DNA of 64,000 bases. Origin: the human T2T-CHM13v2.0 reference genome, Homo sapiens. The notes under the pieces are model-generated. The model was not told where the DNA came from, searched no databases, and was given only the letters and a program-made list of their open reading frames with translations. Below are positions 1 through 12,548 of the stretch, in pieces. The stretch's first letter is position 1. Every line of letters begins with the position of its first letter. The stretch lies in the NCBI RefSeq assembly GCF_009914755.1, contig NC_060930.1. The stretch is one strand, 5' to 3'. Both the position numbers and the translations under genes were made by a program.

Positions 1-92
1 GCTAATTTTTTGTATTTTTGGTAGAAACAGGGTTTACTCTGTTGGCCAGGCTGGTCTCGAACTCTTGGCTTCAAGTGATCTGCCCGCCTTGG
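1..92 (-). mobile_element. Alu left-arm fragment (cut by window edge)
   Basis: GCTAATTTTTTGTATTTTTGGTAG...CAGGCTGGTCTCGAACTC...AAGTGATCTGCCCGCCTTGGC is the antisense Alu linker and left monomer. Confidence 0.93.
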
Positions 93-504
93 CATGCAGT
101 TTCTAACCAATGTTTTGCAGAGTTAGAAGCACAATGTGGAAAATAGCACAAATTTTAGGAAAATCTCCCCCCCCCCTTTTTTTTTCTCTTTGGAAGATCA
201 ATGACCTTGTTTTCATGTGTAAATATTTGTAAATTCCCAGTCCTAGGATCTTACCAACTGAGGGGACAAGATTTGAAACAATAGTGAGCAGTTCACTTAA
301 CACTATGGTATGAAAATATATAATTAAGTCATACTCTCACAAATGTTGAGGAAACATGAAAAGGAACAGAGATTGCTTTTTTTTTTGCTAATGTACTGAA
401 AACACTATTTACCAAACTGATTTTGATTAGTACATGTGGCAAATATTTAAAGAATTTGATTCTAAAAATTATTCCCATAAACTTGTTTTTTAAAAAGTTC
501 TCAA

Positions 505-628
505 CAAAGAAAATGTTCTAAACTTAGAATTTGGTGATGGTTGCACAACTCTGTGAATACAATACAACCTTTTAATTATACACTTTATGATGTAAATTTC
601 ATGTTACAGGAATTATAACTCAGTAAAG

Positions 629-630
<2 letters not shown>
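505..630 (+). mobile_element. Old L1M (L1MB/ME-like) 3' end fragment
   Basis: AAATGTTCTAAACTTAGA..GGTGATGGTTGCACAACTCTGTGAATA..TATAACTCAGTAAAG resembles the mammalian L1 3' terminus. Confidence 0.75.

Positions 631-695
<65 letters not shown>
631..695. repeat. Perfect (TA)32 microsatellite
   Basis: Uninterrupted TA dinucleotide run. Confidence 0.99.
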
Positions 696-698
<3 letters not shown>

Positions 699-3014
699 TC
701 AAGGTTCAGAAAATGGCATGCCACTCCCCCACCCCACCCCACCCCAACTTCAGTGCTAGTCTGCTTTAGCTCCAGGACCTATGCTCTATCTGTTCGGTAT
801 ATATTCTTCAGAGGATTTGGAAGGAATTATTTTTTCTCTTCTCACTTTGTTTCTCTTGACTCTGCAGGAACCACTTGGGTGCCCAGCTGCTGTCCATTCT
901 CTACACTTATCCCACCTGATGGAAGGCTGTTAAGAAAAACATCACTGCAATGCCTAATAAACAGACATGGGTCCCAGACCCAATAAGAGTGAAACCATCC
1001 CCCTATTTAAATGAAATTATGGCTGATGAGAAAGACAAATTAATTTCTCTGTCCCTAGTATTACACAAAACTTTGGATGCTGCCATTGTTACAATTTTAT
1101 TTTCCCCAGGAGCTCAGAGTCCCACCTTCATTCTTTTTGTTTAATGCTTAAGCTTGCCTGTCCACCTATGGAAGACTAGAATGAGCAAAGACCATGTATT
1201 CAATGATCTGTAAATCTAACAGGAAACAATATAATAAATATATTGTGTTTGCTAACCAAATCTGTGAATGATTAGATCGACTGGTTAATGATTAGATGGA
1301 TTAACACATCATTTCTATTTTCTCTCTCCTCCCCTACTTCTTGTTTTAATGATACCTTCCAAGTTTTATTTCTCCAAGCCTAACCCCTTACATAATACAA
1401 GAGGACAACAGTTTGCAAAATAAATATCTGTTGGCCCTAACTGGTAAATACTGAAATAGATTTCAAGTAATGTGAGTGTTTTTGAAACCACCTAAATCTG
1501 TAAGCCACCCTGCAAGGAACAAGGGTAGCAAAGTGAATAAGCCAGACATGTAAAAATAAAGATGACAAAATGGAAGGCAATTAATGCCTGTAATGGAGGT
1601 GGGGAAGGGGGGAATGACAAGTTAATAAGAAATTTATTTTTAAATGCTATCATCTGCCATAAAATATCCATGCTTATTTTAGAAAATATGTAAAATGTTT
1701 AAGAATTAAACATCTTTAAAAAAATCACATGAACTCATCACCCTGCAACAAAACACACACAGATGAGTGCACACACTTAAACACACATTAATTTTCAATT
1801 AGTATATAAAGTTAATATCCTGCTAAGTACAAGATACTATATCATGAGCACTTTGTCTCGCCAATATTCTATGAAAACATAATTATTACAGAATATTCTG
1901 GAAAGTGAATATACCATGATTTATCCAGTCATTTCCCTATTAACACACATTTTGTGATTCCAATTTATCACTGCCACACAGTATTTTCTTAAATAACCTC
2001 ACTTATAAGTTTTGTTTGAACGTTTTTATTATTTTCTATTTAATATAATGTTAATATAATGTTATATAATATAATGTTATAATGTTAGGGTTTTACTATA
2101 TAAGGTGTATACATTATTTTAACGCTCGTTCCACTGGACACCCAAAGCCCTCAGTAAGTTTAGTGAATAACAGTACAATGCCCAAATTTTTGAAAGTTTT
2201 TCTCTTCCTTAATTTTTAGCATTTTGCACTATATTTTATTTTGAATAAATTAAAGAACTCATTTAAAGTACCTTTCATAGTGTCTCATATAGTGAGGTAT
2301 CATACATAATGGTATTATTATAAATTTTGTTACTAATAATGACATACATATACTTGCTCAATTACTAGGAAAATGAATGCTTAAGCTTATCTTTCTTTTA
2401 TTATCAGTGGGTTGAATTATGTCTTATATTTATTGACCATTCATATTTCTTCTGTGAATTTTCTTGTCTTTTAATTATTATCAGTATATTTCTTTTTTCT
2501 CTAGATTTTGTGTTAAAAAAACACTATAATATGTAGTAACAATATTATCCCTTTATTATTTTTGTTTTGAATATTTTCATTAACTTATCAATTACCTTTT
2601 AATTACTTCTGAGTTATTTTACAAAAAACATCTAAATCATTAATAAAATACATTGATAATTTTAAACATTATTATATATGCTATTATTTTTATACTTAGA
2701 ACAGCTTTTTCCAAATTTTAATCTATGAAACACTAGGCTTCTAAAACATTTTGTTAAATAAATAAAATTATATGGTCTAACAAGTTTGAAGAAAATGAAG
2801 ATATATAAATTTAAGTGGTTTTCTTTCACATTTTTTATGTTTGTAGGAAGCTAATATGCATTGTAGTGCCAAAGGGCATTTACAAAACATATTTGACCAT
2901 GGCACCCTCCATTCATAAAGCATTTCGTAGGGTTAGTGTGTCTCTGAATACATTTTAGTTGACCTATATAGAAGCTATTTATCTGTTCCAAGACCACATA
3001 AAAAAGTTAAACCA

Positions 3015-3302
3015 GGCCAGGTGCGGTAACTCCTCTAATCCCAACTTTTTGGGAGGCCGAGGTGGGTGGATCACCCAAGGTCAAAAGTTTGAGACCAGAC
3101 TGACCAACATGGTAAAACGCTATCTCTACTAAAAATACAAAAATTAGCTGGCCTTGGCAGTGCACCCCTGTAGTCTCAGCTACTCGGGAGCCTGAGACAG
3201 GAGAATCACTTGAATCTGATAAGCATAGCTTGCTGTGAGCCAACATTGTGCCACCGAACTCTAGCCTGGGCAACACAGTGAGACTTCCAAAAAAAAAAAA
3301 AA
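3015..3302 (+). mobile_element. Alu (AluS-like), full length, diverged
   Basis: GGCCAGGTGCGGT start, TACTAAAAATACAAAAATTAGC linker, poly(A) tail. Confidence 0.95.
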
Positions 3303-3447
3303 AGAGAGAAAAAGAAAGAGAGAGGGAGCGAGAGAGAGAGAGAGAGAGAGAGAGAAAGGGAGAAAGAGAGGGGGGGAGGGAGGGATGGAGGGAGGAAGGA
3401 AGGAAGGAAAGAGAGAGAGAGAGAAAGAAAGACAGAAAGAAAGAAAA
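3303..3447. repeat. Polypurine compound microsatellite (GA)n/(GGGA)n/(GGAA)n/(GAAA)n extending from the Alu tail
   Basis: Almost pure purine tract seen directly. Confidence 0.95.
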
Positions 3448-5880
3448 ACTATACTTTAAAAAAATTTTAAAGCCTCATGGTATATTCATTTATTTGTTTG
3501 CTTTAACAACTTTTTGCAAGTTATTTGTTTAATAAATATTATGAATTAGGTCTCTTTTTTTAACCCAATAATTAATTCTCCCAATACCATTTGTTTAGAA
3601 ACTTAAATCTTTTAATCCTTTGGTTTATCATGCCCTCTGTTTTTGCCATAACCTAAATTATTATACGTACCATAGTGTGTCCAAATACTATCTATTCTGT
3701 TCTATTAATCTAACTGTAATTTCATGAACCGGAACCACAGTGTTTTAACATCATAACATATTTAAACACCTGTCTTAATGTATTAAAAGATGTGAATTAT
3801 TTTTCTTTCCCCATAATGTTCATAGATACTTTTACATGTTTAGTCTCACAATGAACTTTGAATTATTTTATCGTGATCTCAAATAACATTTATTAACCCT
3901 ATCATTAATTTGAAAGTTATTTGCATATTTAAAAAAAATCCAGTGCTCCGTTATGGAAATACAGTTTCTATTTTTATTATATTGAAGTTTTTATTTATAT
4001 TGCTTAGTAAAGTATTTTAAGACTGCTCATATAGATTATGTACATTTCTTAATAAGATATTACTATTTTGTGAATAGTACCTTTTCACATTATGTACACT
4101 AATTGGTTATTGCTGCTGTACAGAAAAACTATCAACTTTTGCCATTTAATTTGTATCCAATCACTGTAATGAACTTTAATATTAATTCTCAGACTTTTGC
4201 CGATTATTCTCTTGAGTTCTCTATTTAAATAGTCATATTGTCTGCAAATAATAACAAAAATTTGCCTTCTCTTATTTCAGTATTATATTTTATTGCCTTG
4301 GCAAGAAGTCAAAGCCTGTGTTAATTAGTGAGGGTATTAGCAAATACTGTTTTTTGTAAATATAATATTCAATAGTTTTAAAAGTAATTTTTAAGGTATG
4401 TTATCAATTCATAATTTGGTAGGAATTAATTTTTAAAAATTAGGAATGAGTGGTGAGTGCTATTGAAGGCGTTTTTACCAACAAATGAGATCAAAATAAA
4501 TCTTATGGGATTTCCTTTTGAGTTATCTATTTATATCTACCTACCTACCTACTTATTTATCTCCCTGTCTATCCACATATATAAATATCACTCTATACAT
4601 TAAGATGCGTATATACGTAGTTGCATGCATAACATACACTACAACACACACATACACATTTCTATGTCTATTACTAAAACACCTGACTTTTCTTGGCTAA
4701 ATTCTCTGGTTGAGGTTCAAAAGCTTCCTAGAAGCCATGTCTTAGTGCTTAATACTCGCATATAGTTTTCTTATGTGAGCTCAGATTTCTGTAATAAATC
4801 ATTTTCAGATTCTTCTTGGGCCTCAGTATAATGTTCTCTTTATCTTTCCTTACTAGACCTTGTGTTGTTTTCATTTTTTCCTCTTTGCTATTCCTAAGTC
4901 AAAGGCATCCAGATTCAGTGTTTACCATCAGAAAATGTATCAATTTCATTTGATGCTGCTCACTCTCTACCAGGTGCTAACGGAATCACCTTTTTATATC
5001 ACTATAGATGAAAGAGTATCAAATATCTGTGAGTCTTAGCCATACATCAGTGTCTAACCAAAGTTTATCGGCTTCATGTCTCTGGACTGAAATGGAGCCA
5101 TTTTCCAACTCCATTATCTGTATCATCAACACCCTGCAGATGAAATACAAGGGGAATACTATACTATAGGAGCTTCTGCCTATAGTCCATTTATGGTTCC
5201 ACACCTGGAGGATGATGTTTTCTAAGATGTAACTCCCCCTGTTCAACCCTGTACCACCCGCTTGTGTTCTCAATTCAGATGTACATACTTGTGTGTGGTG
5301 GGGTTGGAAGAGGTGTCAGGGGAAGGTGGAGGATAAGTGAGCCTTGGTACCTTAAGAAGCAACACTTTTACATAAGGATGACAGCCTAGTGTTCTCTTAG
5401 GTTCTGACCTGGTGTTTCTAGATTGTGGGCATTCAGTGAGGTTTCAATGAGATGTCTCCTTGTTGTTTTTAAGGAAACATGACTCCTCTGTTGTAGGGAA
5501 AGAGATTGGAGAAGACCATTAATTATTTTTATCATTATCTTCCATTATTCTGCTATTCAGTGAAAATCTCTCTCCCAACCACCTCCGAATCAAGCACTAT
5601 GTCCTCTGACAGTCTTAATTTTCTGTGTTTCTGTAAGTTGCATCTTTTGTTCTGTCTTCGTAGATTTGTTGGGAAGCAGTGAGACATTAGAGACACTGAT
5701 TGAAGAATTACTTTGTAAGTGCCCAATTAAAGTAGAACCTGGGGGAAGAAATTTAGGATTTTCAAATAAGGATAAAATTCACAGAAACAAATTGGAAGAA
5801 GTTTACTCCATTCCGTTCTAGAACACTTCAAGGCTGTTTTATCAAAGAAGACATTAAAGTTAAATAAAAACCTTTAGTCA

Positions 5881-5952
5881 TATGTATACATATGTAACTA
5901 ACCTGCACGTTGTGCACATGTACCCTAAAACTTAAAGTATAATAAAAAAAAA
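5881..5952 (+). mobile_element. Extremely 5'-truncated L1PA (about L1PA3/4) 3' tip with poly(A)
   Basis: TGTATACATATGTAACTAACCTGCACGTTGTGCACATGTACCCTAAAACTTAAAGTATAATAAA; perfect 15-bp TSD AAAAACCTTTAGTCA at 5866-5880 and 5953-5967. Confidence 0.96.
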
Positions 5953-6269
5953 AAAAACCTTTAGTCAAAAACTTAGAAACTTTAAACTTACTTTATGTAA
6001 GGATCACATGATAAAACTACTTCAAATAAAAACACTATGAAGCTATTAGACTATATAAATTCTCAAAGTAATTATTTAAGACAATGAGAAAAATATAATA
6101 TACCAGTAACTACTTTTCAAAATTATTACCATTTAGGTATAGAATAATTTTTAGAAAGAACAACAAAATGCTTAAAAACATATTGACATATCAACAATGT
6201 GTCTGATCATTTTTTAAATCATCCTCAAAGGGATTTTGTAAATTTTCAGTCTTCCCCTAGACACTTACT

Positions 6270-6674
6270 TGTATTAATCTAGGTTCTCCAGAGAAACAGA
6301 CTCAATAGGAGATACACTCACACACACTCACTATAAGGAATTGGTGCACACAGTTAAAAAACCTGGGAAGTCCAAGATCTGTAGTCAGAAAGAGCTGATA
6401 GTATAAGTTTCAGTCCAAGTCTAAAGGCAGGAGAAGACTAATGTCCCAGCTAGAAGACAGTCAAGCAGAAAGAATCGTTTTATTCTATTCAGGCCTTCAA
6501 CAATTTGGATGAGGTCCACTCGTATTATGGAGAGAAATCTGTTTCACTCACTCTACTTATTCGAATGTTAATATCATCCAGAAACACCCCCATAGACACT
6601 CCCAGGTGATGCTTAACCAAATATCTGGGCACCCCATTGTCCACTTAAACTGAGGCATGCAATTAACCATTGCA
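6270..6674 (-). mobile_element. MLT2 (MLT2B/C/D-like) 3' LTR of ERV-L provirus
   Basis: TGTATTAATC..GTTCTCCAGAGAAACAGA...AATTAACCATTGCA termini; abuts the ERV-L polypurine tract (rc AAGGAGTGGACT). Confidence 0.9.
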
Positions 6675-8006
6675 AGTCCACTCCTTATCAACTTGGCACC
6701 TATATTCATTTCCTTAAACTATACCTGATCTCCAAATGAAGATGATAATAAGGTCATAATTATGTCTAACGTGATATAATTATACTGCATATAATCAGAA
6801 ATACATTAACCCTTTCCACAGAGGAATCAAAGTCCTTAAATGATATTGTCTTCTCAATATTTCATAACTTAAATACTATGATATAAAATTAACCATACTT
6901 AAATATGATATAAATCCAAATATTTTTTGTTATTTAATAATAAAATAAAGGAAGAATGAAAACAAAAATATACACACAGATACATATACAAAAACATGTT
7001 TATAACAAAATAATGAATAAATATTCATGACAATTACAGTCTTCATTTCTGTAACTGGACACGTAGCCATAGCTAGTAAATATAACTTCCTTCTTTCACT
7101 ACTCATTCTGTATTCCTATTGCCTTCAGCAAGCACCTCAGTTGGTCATAGTTCTTTACCTGGTGGAAAGACACAAGCTTTCATTCCTAAAGGATTTGAGC
7201 TATTAGTTTTACTACCAGGATTTGATTGTTGCAGTTTTCCATTGACCTTAATCATATGGCATCGTAATAGTAAGAGAAGACTTTAGGGATGACCTTCAGT
7301 GTTCCAGACATACTCTTCCTTACCTTCATTGTGAAGTAGCAGTCCAATTTCCACTTGGTAGTCAGGTGGTCACCAAGCATGGTAACTTCTTTCTTTGCCT
7401 ATTGATTCAGAGGCATGAGGAGTCCAAAGTGGTCAGGCTGCAATCTTAACTTCCAGTTCAATGGAAAACATTCTTATGTTTTTTGGTAGAAGCATTACTC
7501 CCTTCTAACCTAAGAATTCTAGGCCAGCAGAACATAAATTGACAGGAATGGGAAGAAAAATTTTGCTAATGCATCACTATGGTTAATAGTGAGTGATGCC
7601 ACTCCCATTTCCACTCCTTGATTCTTGGACCCATGCATCCTAGCTATCAGAGAAATAGCACAATATATTGAACTCAGAGAATATACAGCTTTTCATAGAA
7701 CCTGCCCTAATCCTGTAAGTTATTGACATATATTTGGAAGTATAAAAGAGTCTTCAAAAGGCCATTCTACTTTTCTATAAAGCCAGCTGTTTCAAGATGG
7801 TGGAGAATATGGTAAAAGCAGTAAATCTCATAAATGTGGGTCCATCACCACATTTCTTTGGCTGTGAAGTGAGTATCTTTGTCACAAGCAATGCTGTGTG
7901 AAATATCATGACAATAGATATGGTATTCTGGTAGTCTGTAAGTCCATAGATGGCAAAAACATTGCATACAGGGGAGGAAAATCCATATTCAAAGTAAATG
8001 TCTATT

Positions 8007-8050
8007 AGGGATGAAAGGCTTTAAGATTAAAAAATAAAAATAAAAAGAAA
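8007..8050 (+). mobile_element. Micro-retroinsertion: 22-nt unique tag plus A-rich tail, with 17-bp TSD
   Basis: CAAAGTAAATGTCTATT (7990-8006) / CAGAGTAAATGTCTATT (8051-8067) flank AGGGATGAAAGGCTTTAAGATT and an A-tail. Confidence 0.8.
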
Positions 8051-9589
8051 CAGAGTAAATGTCTATTCTAGAAAGAACAGAACACAGTCCCTTCCATGAT
8101 GAAAGCAGTATAATGTAATCAATCTCCTACTAGGTAGCTGGCTGATCACCCCAAGGAATGGTGCTATATCAGGAGTTCAGTGTTAGTCTCTGCTGCTGGC
8201 AGATTGGGCAATCAGCAGTGGCCATAGCCAGGTCTGCCTTTGTGAATGGAATTCCATGTTGCTAAGCCTATGCATAACCTCCATCTCTGCCAACGTGGCC
8301 ACTTTGTTCATAAGTTCATTATGTGATGACGGGGTGGCTGGAGAAAGAGGCTGACTGAATTTTCACAGGACAAGTCATTCTGTCCACTTGATTAGTAAAA
8401 TCCTCCTCTGCTGAGTTCACCATCTGGTGAACATTCACAGGGGACACAAATATCTTCACACTTTTTGCCCATTCTGAAAGGTCTGCATACCTCTAATCTA
8501 AATTTTTTCTTGTCACCAATTTTTCAATTATATTCCTTCCATGACCCTGACCATACTATCAAACCATTGATCACAGACCATGAATCAGTACATACATCTG
8601 GCCATTTTTCCTTCTGAACTAAGAGAACAACCATGTTCTGCTTGACAGAAGGATTTCCCTTTACCATTCTCATTTAGGATGCCCAAGAACAAGGCTACAG
8701 TGCTACAGCTACCTACGTTTAGGTTGTGCCTGCATATAATTCACACCCCAGGCCCTAGATGTCTTCTTTCGCCAGCTGATCATCAGGATCTTCCCATGTG
8801 GTGATAGGTATGGGCTGAGAAAGAGAAGGCCGAGTAGCAGAAGTGAGGACCTTAGGCTTTGGGACCACTTCTTCATGTAACTTACCTGTTTCCTTACGGT
8901 CTATTTGGGTCCCCTCACATATATATCACTTCCACTTTATTATGGATTGCTGATGGGCATGCCCAACTTTAGGCCTTGGTGGGTCAGATAACACCTAATT
9001 CATAATGGACAGCTCAGATTTCATGGTAACCTGGCGGTCCATGCTTAAGTGTTCAGTCTCTACTAAGGTCCAGTAGCACGCCAAGAGCTGTTTCTCGAAA
9101 GAGAGTGTTTACTTGAAGAAGATGGCAGAGCTTTGCTCCAAAATCCTCAGGGCCTTCTTCATGATTCACCAGTGGGGGCCTGCCAAGGGTTTCAAAAAAC
9201 ATCTTTATCTGCCACTGAAACTTCAAGCACCAATGGATGCAATGGATCATATGGCTCAAGTGTCAGAGCAGCTTGCACGGCAGCTTGGAACTGTTGCACA
9301 GCCATCTCTTGTCTCCATTCAAAACTAGCAACTTTTGGGGTCATTTGATAAATGATCCCACTAAATGTTGTGCCCCATTTTTTGGTTTTAAGGAGAGGCC
9401 AGTTGCAACAACTTATTCTTTACCTTGGAAGGGATATCTCAACACGCCCCACATCACAGGACCCTAAGAAATTTCCCGGAGGTACAAGGCCTCTGAATTT
9501 TTGAAATTTATTGCACATCCTCTGCTACACAAATGTCTTACAATTAAGCCTAAATTAGTTGCTGCTTCTTGCTCATTAAGTCCAATTAG

Positions 9590-9989
9590 CATAATGTCAT
9601 CAATGTAGTGGACCAGTGTGATGTCTTGTAGTAAGGCAAAGATCCCTGCAAACTAAATGAAGACACAGGGTTGGAAAAGTGATATCCCCCTGAGGTAGGA
9701 CAGTGAAGGTGCATTGCTGGCCTTGGCAGCTAAAAGCAAACTGCTTCTAGTGATCTTTACTAACAGATATCAATAAGAAAGCATTTGCCAGATCAATAGC
9801 TGCACACCAGGTATCAGGGGATGTATTAATATTAATTTGCTCTAGCAATGAAATCACATCTGGCACAGCAGCTACAATTGGAGTCACCACACAATTAAGC
9901 TTATGATCATCTGCTGTCATTCTCCAAGGTTCCTCTGTCTTTTGCACAAGCCAAGCAGGTGAATTGAATGGGGATGTGGTAGGAATCAC
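9590..9989 (-). pseudogene. pol: ERV-L reverse transcriptase remnant (stops and frameshifts)
   Basis: [15 protein letters not shown] and YIDD motifs. Confidence 0.88.
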
Positions 9990-11205
9990 TCCCCGGCATC
10001 ATTCAAGTCCTTGATGGTGGCATTATTCTCTGCAATCCCTCCAGGAATGCAGTATTGCTTGCAGTTTACTATTTTGCTAGGAAGTCACCATTTTAGTGGC
10101 TCTCACTTGGTCTTCATCATTGTAGGCCCTCATATCACAGGTTAGAGAATCAGTGTGAGTATTTTGCCAGATGCTGAAAGTATCTATTCCAATTTTGCAT
10201 CCCAAAACTGGGGAAATAACCATAGGATGGGGTCAAGGACACGCTGGGCCCACTGAGAGACAAACCTGAGCTAAAACTTCTTTGATTCCCTGCCGACCAT
10301 AACCCTCTACCCTAAATAGCGAGCCACAGTGACATTTTGGGTCACCTGGAATCAATGTCATTTCATAGTTGGTGTCCAGTAGTACCTGAAAGGTCTGATC
10401 ATTTCCTTTTCCCCAGTACACAGTTACCCTGCTAAAAGGCCATAGGTCCCTTTGGGGAAGGCTTGGACAAAAATTACCAGTACAAATTTTCAGTACTTTA
10501 CCAAGATCCTTTCTCTAGGGGTCTTGACCTTTCCCTTCATTCTAGCAGTTCTGGGTTTGAAAACTGGCTCAATCCTGATAATTGTTTGAGGGGCTGTGAC
10601 TCTATTATTACAATTCAGGTTAGACTTTTGTTCATGTGACCTAGAACTTTTCTGCTTATATAAATCAAGAAGGAATGTAGTAGGCTTCTTATCTATTTCA
10701 CTCTGGGAACACCATGGTCAACTAGCCAGCACTATAAGTTTGCATGAATCAGGCTATTCTGATTGCCGCTTTGACTCTGCTACCCATTACAGTAACCACA
10801 CACCCACCTTGCCGTTGGTGGTTGAGTGCAGCCACATGACTGCAGCCACCTGGGATCCAATTACTCCCACTGCCTTTAGTTTTCCCAGTGGTCTGCAGGC
10901 ACTACTGTAAGGGCTGTCCTACAGAGAACAGCAATCACAGAGCTCTTCAAGGATGCCATAACTCCCCTCACAAATTTATTTCTCATGGTAAGGGTAATAA
11001 ATAAGTATGTTTTCTGTATCCTTCTAGTGTGGCTGAATAGGCATTAAATGACAAATCCACTCTAATACTCCAATCTCCCTTTGAATCCCTTCCTCTACGT
11101 TAAACCAAGACAGGTCCTGTATTTCTCATTTGCTCACTGTGGGCCACCTTTCAGTCCATGTTTCAACCAACTAAGCAAACAAACTCTTAGAACCCTTTCT
11201 ACCTC

Positions 11206-11349
11206 CTGAATATCCACAGGACAAGTCATTCTGTCCACTTGATTAGTAAAATCCTCTGCTGAGTTCACCATCTGGTGGGCATTCACATGGAACACAAATA
11301 TCTTCACACTTTTTGCCCATTCTGAAAGGTCTGCATACCTCTAATCTAA
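11206..11349 (+). repeat. Direct duplicate of 8355-8501 inserted in ERV-L gag
   Basis: About 95% identical by hand alignment (6 substitutions, one 3-bp indel). Confidence 0.96.
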
Positions 11350-12177
11350 CTTCTGAGCTATGATATTAAATAGAGAATCTCTGCTATGTGAGCCCATATC
11401 AATGAATTCAGACTGATCCAACTTAATGTTCTTAACACCCATTATCACACACCATTAATATCTATTCCCACACGTGTTTCCTGGATTTCTGCTTACCCAT
11501 ATTAGAAAACTTAAGCTGTTCTTTTGGAAAGTAGTGCACCATGGGTCACAATGAGTACCTCCCTTTAGGGGCTGGCTGGAACTTTAGTCTACTACTAGGT
11601 CTAGAAGCAAAGCGGGGTGGAAGGGACAGGTCTGAGAAGAGTGAACATTGTCTTGCATGGAAACTGCCTCAGAGAAGGTCATTACAGTTTCCTTAGGCAA
11701 TGCAGGGTTAATCCCCTCAGACAAGGGTGGAGAGGCTGAGACCACCAAGGTGGGAAAGCAGCTGTGATTGGAGAGGCCACTTCTGCTAGAGGTGAGTAGG
11801 CCTCTTCCACTGGCAAAGAAGACTTGTCAGAATTTAGGGGTTCAATGCCCTTAGCTTCATTAGGGTCTTCCCACACATCCACATTACAACTTACAGGATC
11901 CCATTTTCTCCCAACCAAAGTCCTTACTTTAACAGTAGATAAATTGAGGGGCTGGGAGTTGAACTTACATTGTAATTCAACCAATGGTATGATGAGTTCT
12001 GTATTTGATTTTCAGGAATCCCAGTTCCGTGGCTATAAAAGAAAAGACGCACATAAAGCATCCAGGTTATTTACGCAGTGTTTGAACTGAGACTTTGAAT
12101 TTCTTATCTCATTCTTTCATTTCACCCCTTTGTCCAGTGACATTAGGAGAATAAGCCAGCTTCACTATATTCGCGAG

Positions 12178-12548
12178 TGTCCTGGTTCATCCATGTAACT
12201 ATAACAAAATACTAAACTGGTTGGCTTATAAAAAACAGAAATTTATTCTTCATAGTTCTGGAGGCTGGGAAGTCTAAGACCAAAGTGCTGGCAGATTAGG
12301 TGTATGGTGAGGGCCTGCCTCCTTGTTCACAGATGGCCATCTTCCCATTGTGTCTTCATATGGTGGAAGCGGCAAGGGTGCTCTCTGGGGCCCCTTTTAA
12401 AGGGCATTCGTTCATTCATAACAGTTGTATCCTCATGACCTTTTCACTTATCTAAGGCCCCACCTTTAAAGACCATTAGAGTGGGGATTAGGTTTCAACA
12501 TATGAGTTGGGAGATGTGTGGGGGGATGTACACATTCCCTCAACAGCA
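12178..12548 (-). mobile_element. MLT1A-like MaLR solo LTR nested in ERV-L gag
   Basis: ..GGCTTATAAAAAACAGAAATTTATT..ATAGTTCTGGAGGCTGGGAAGTC..GGGGATTAGGTTTCAACATATGA; TG...CA ends. Confidence 0.88.

Larger units (their letters stand above)
1640..4800 (-). mobile_element. Highly decayed L1M (L1ME-like) 3' UTR/ORF2 remnants, interrupted by an Alu
   Basis: Reverse complement of 4228-4251 translates LFADNMTI (L1 RT FADD motif); T-rich antisense L1 texture throughout; boundaries approximate. Confidence 0.7.

Noticed and set aside
2735-2960. Possible hAT-Charlie MITE remnant
   Set aside because: Too decayed to define termini or family by eye
3248-3532. 94-aa K/E/R-rich ORF
   Set aside because: Translation of an Alu tail and purine microsatellite
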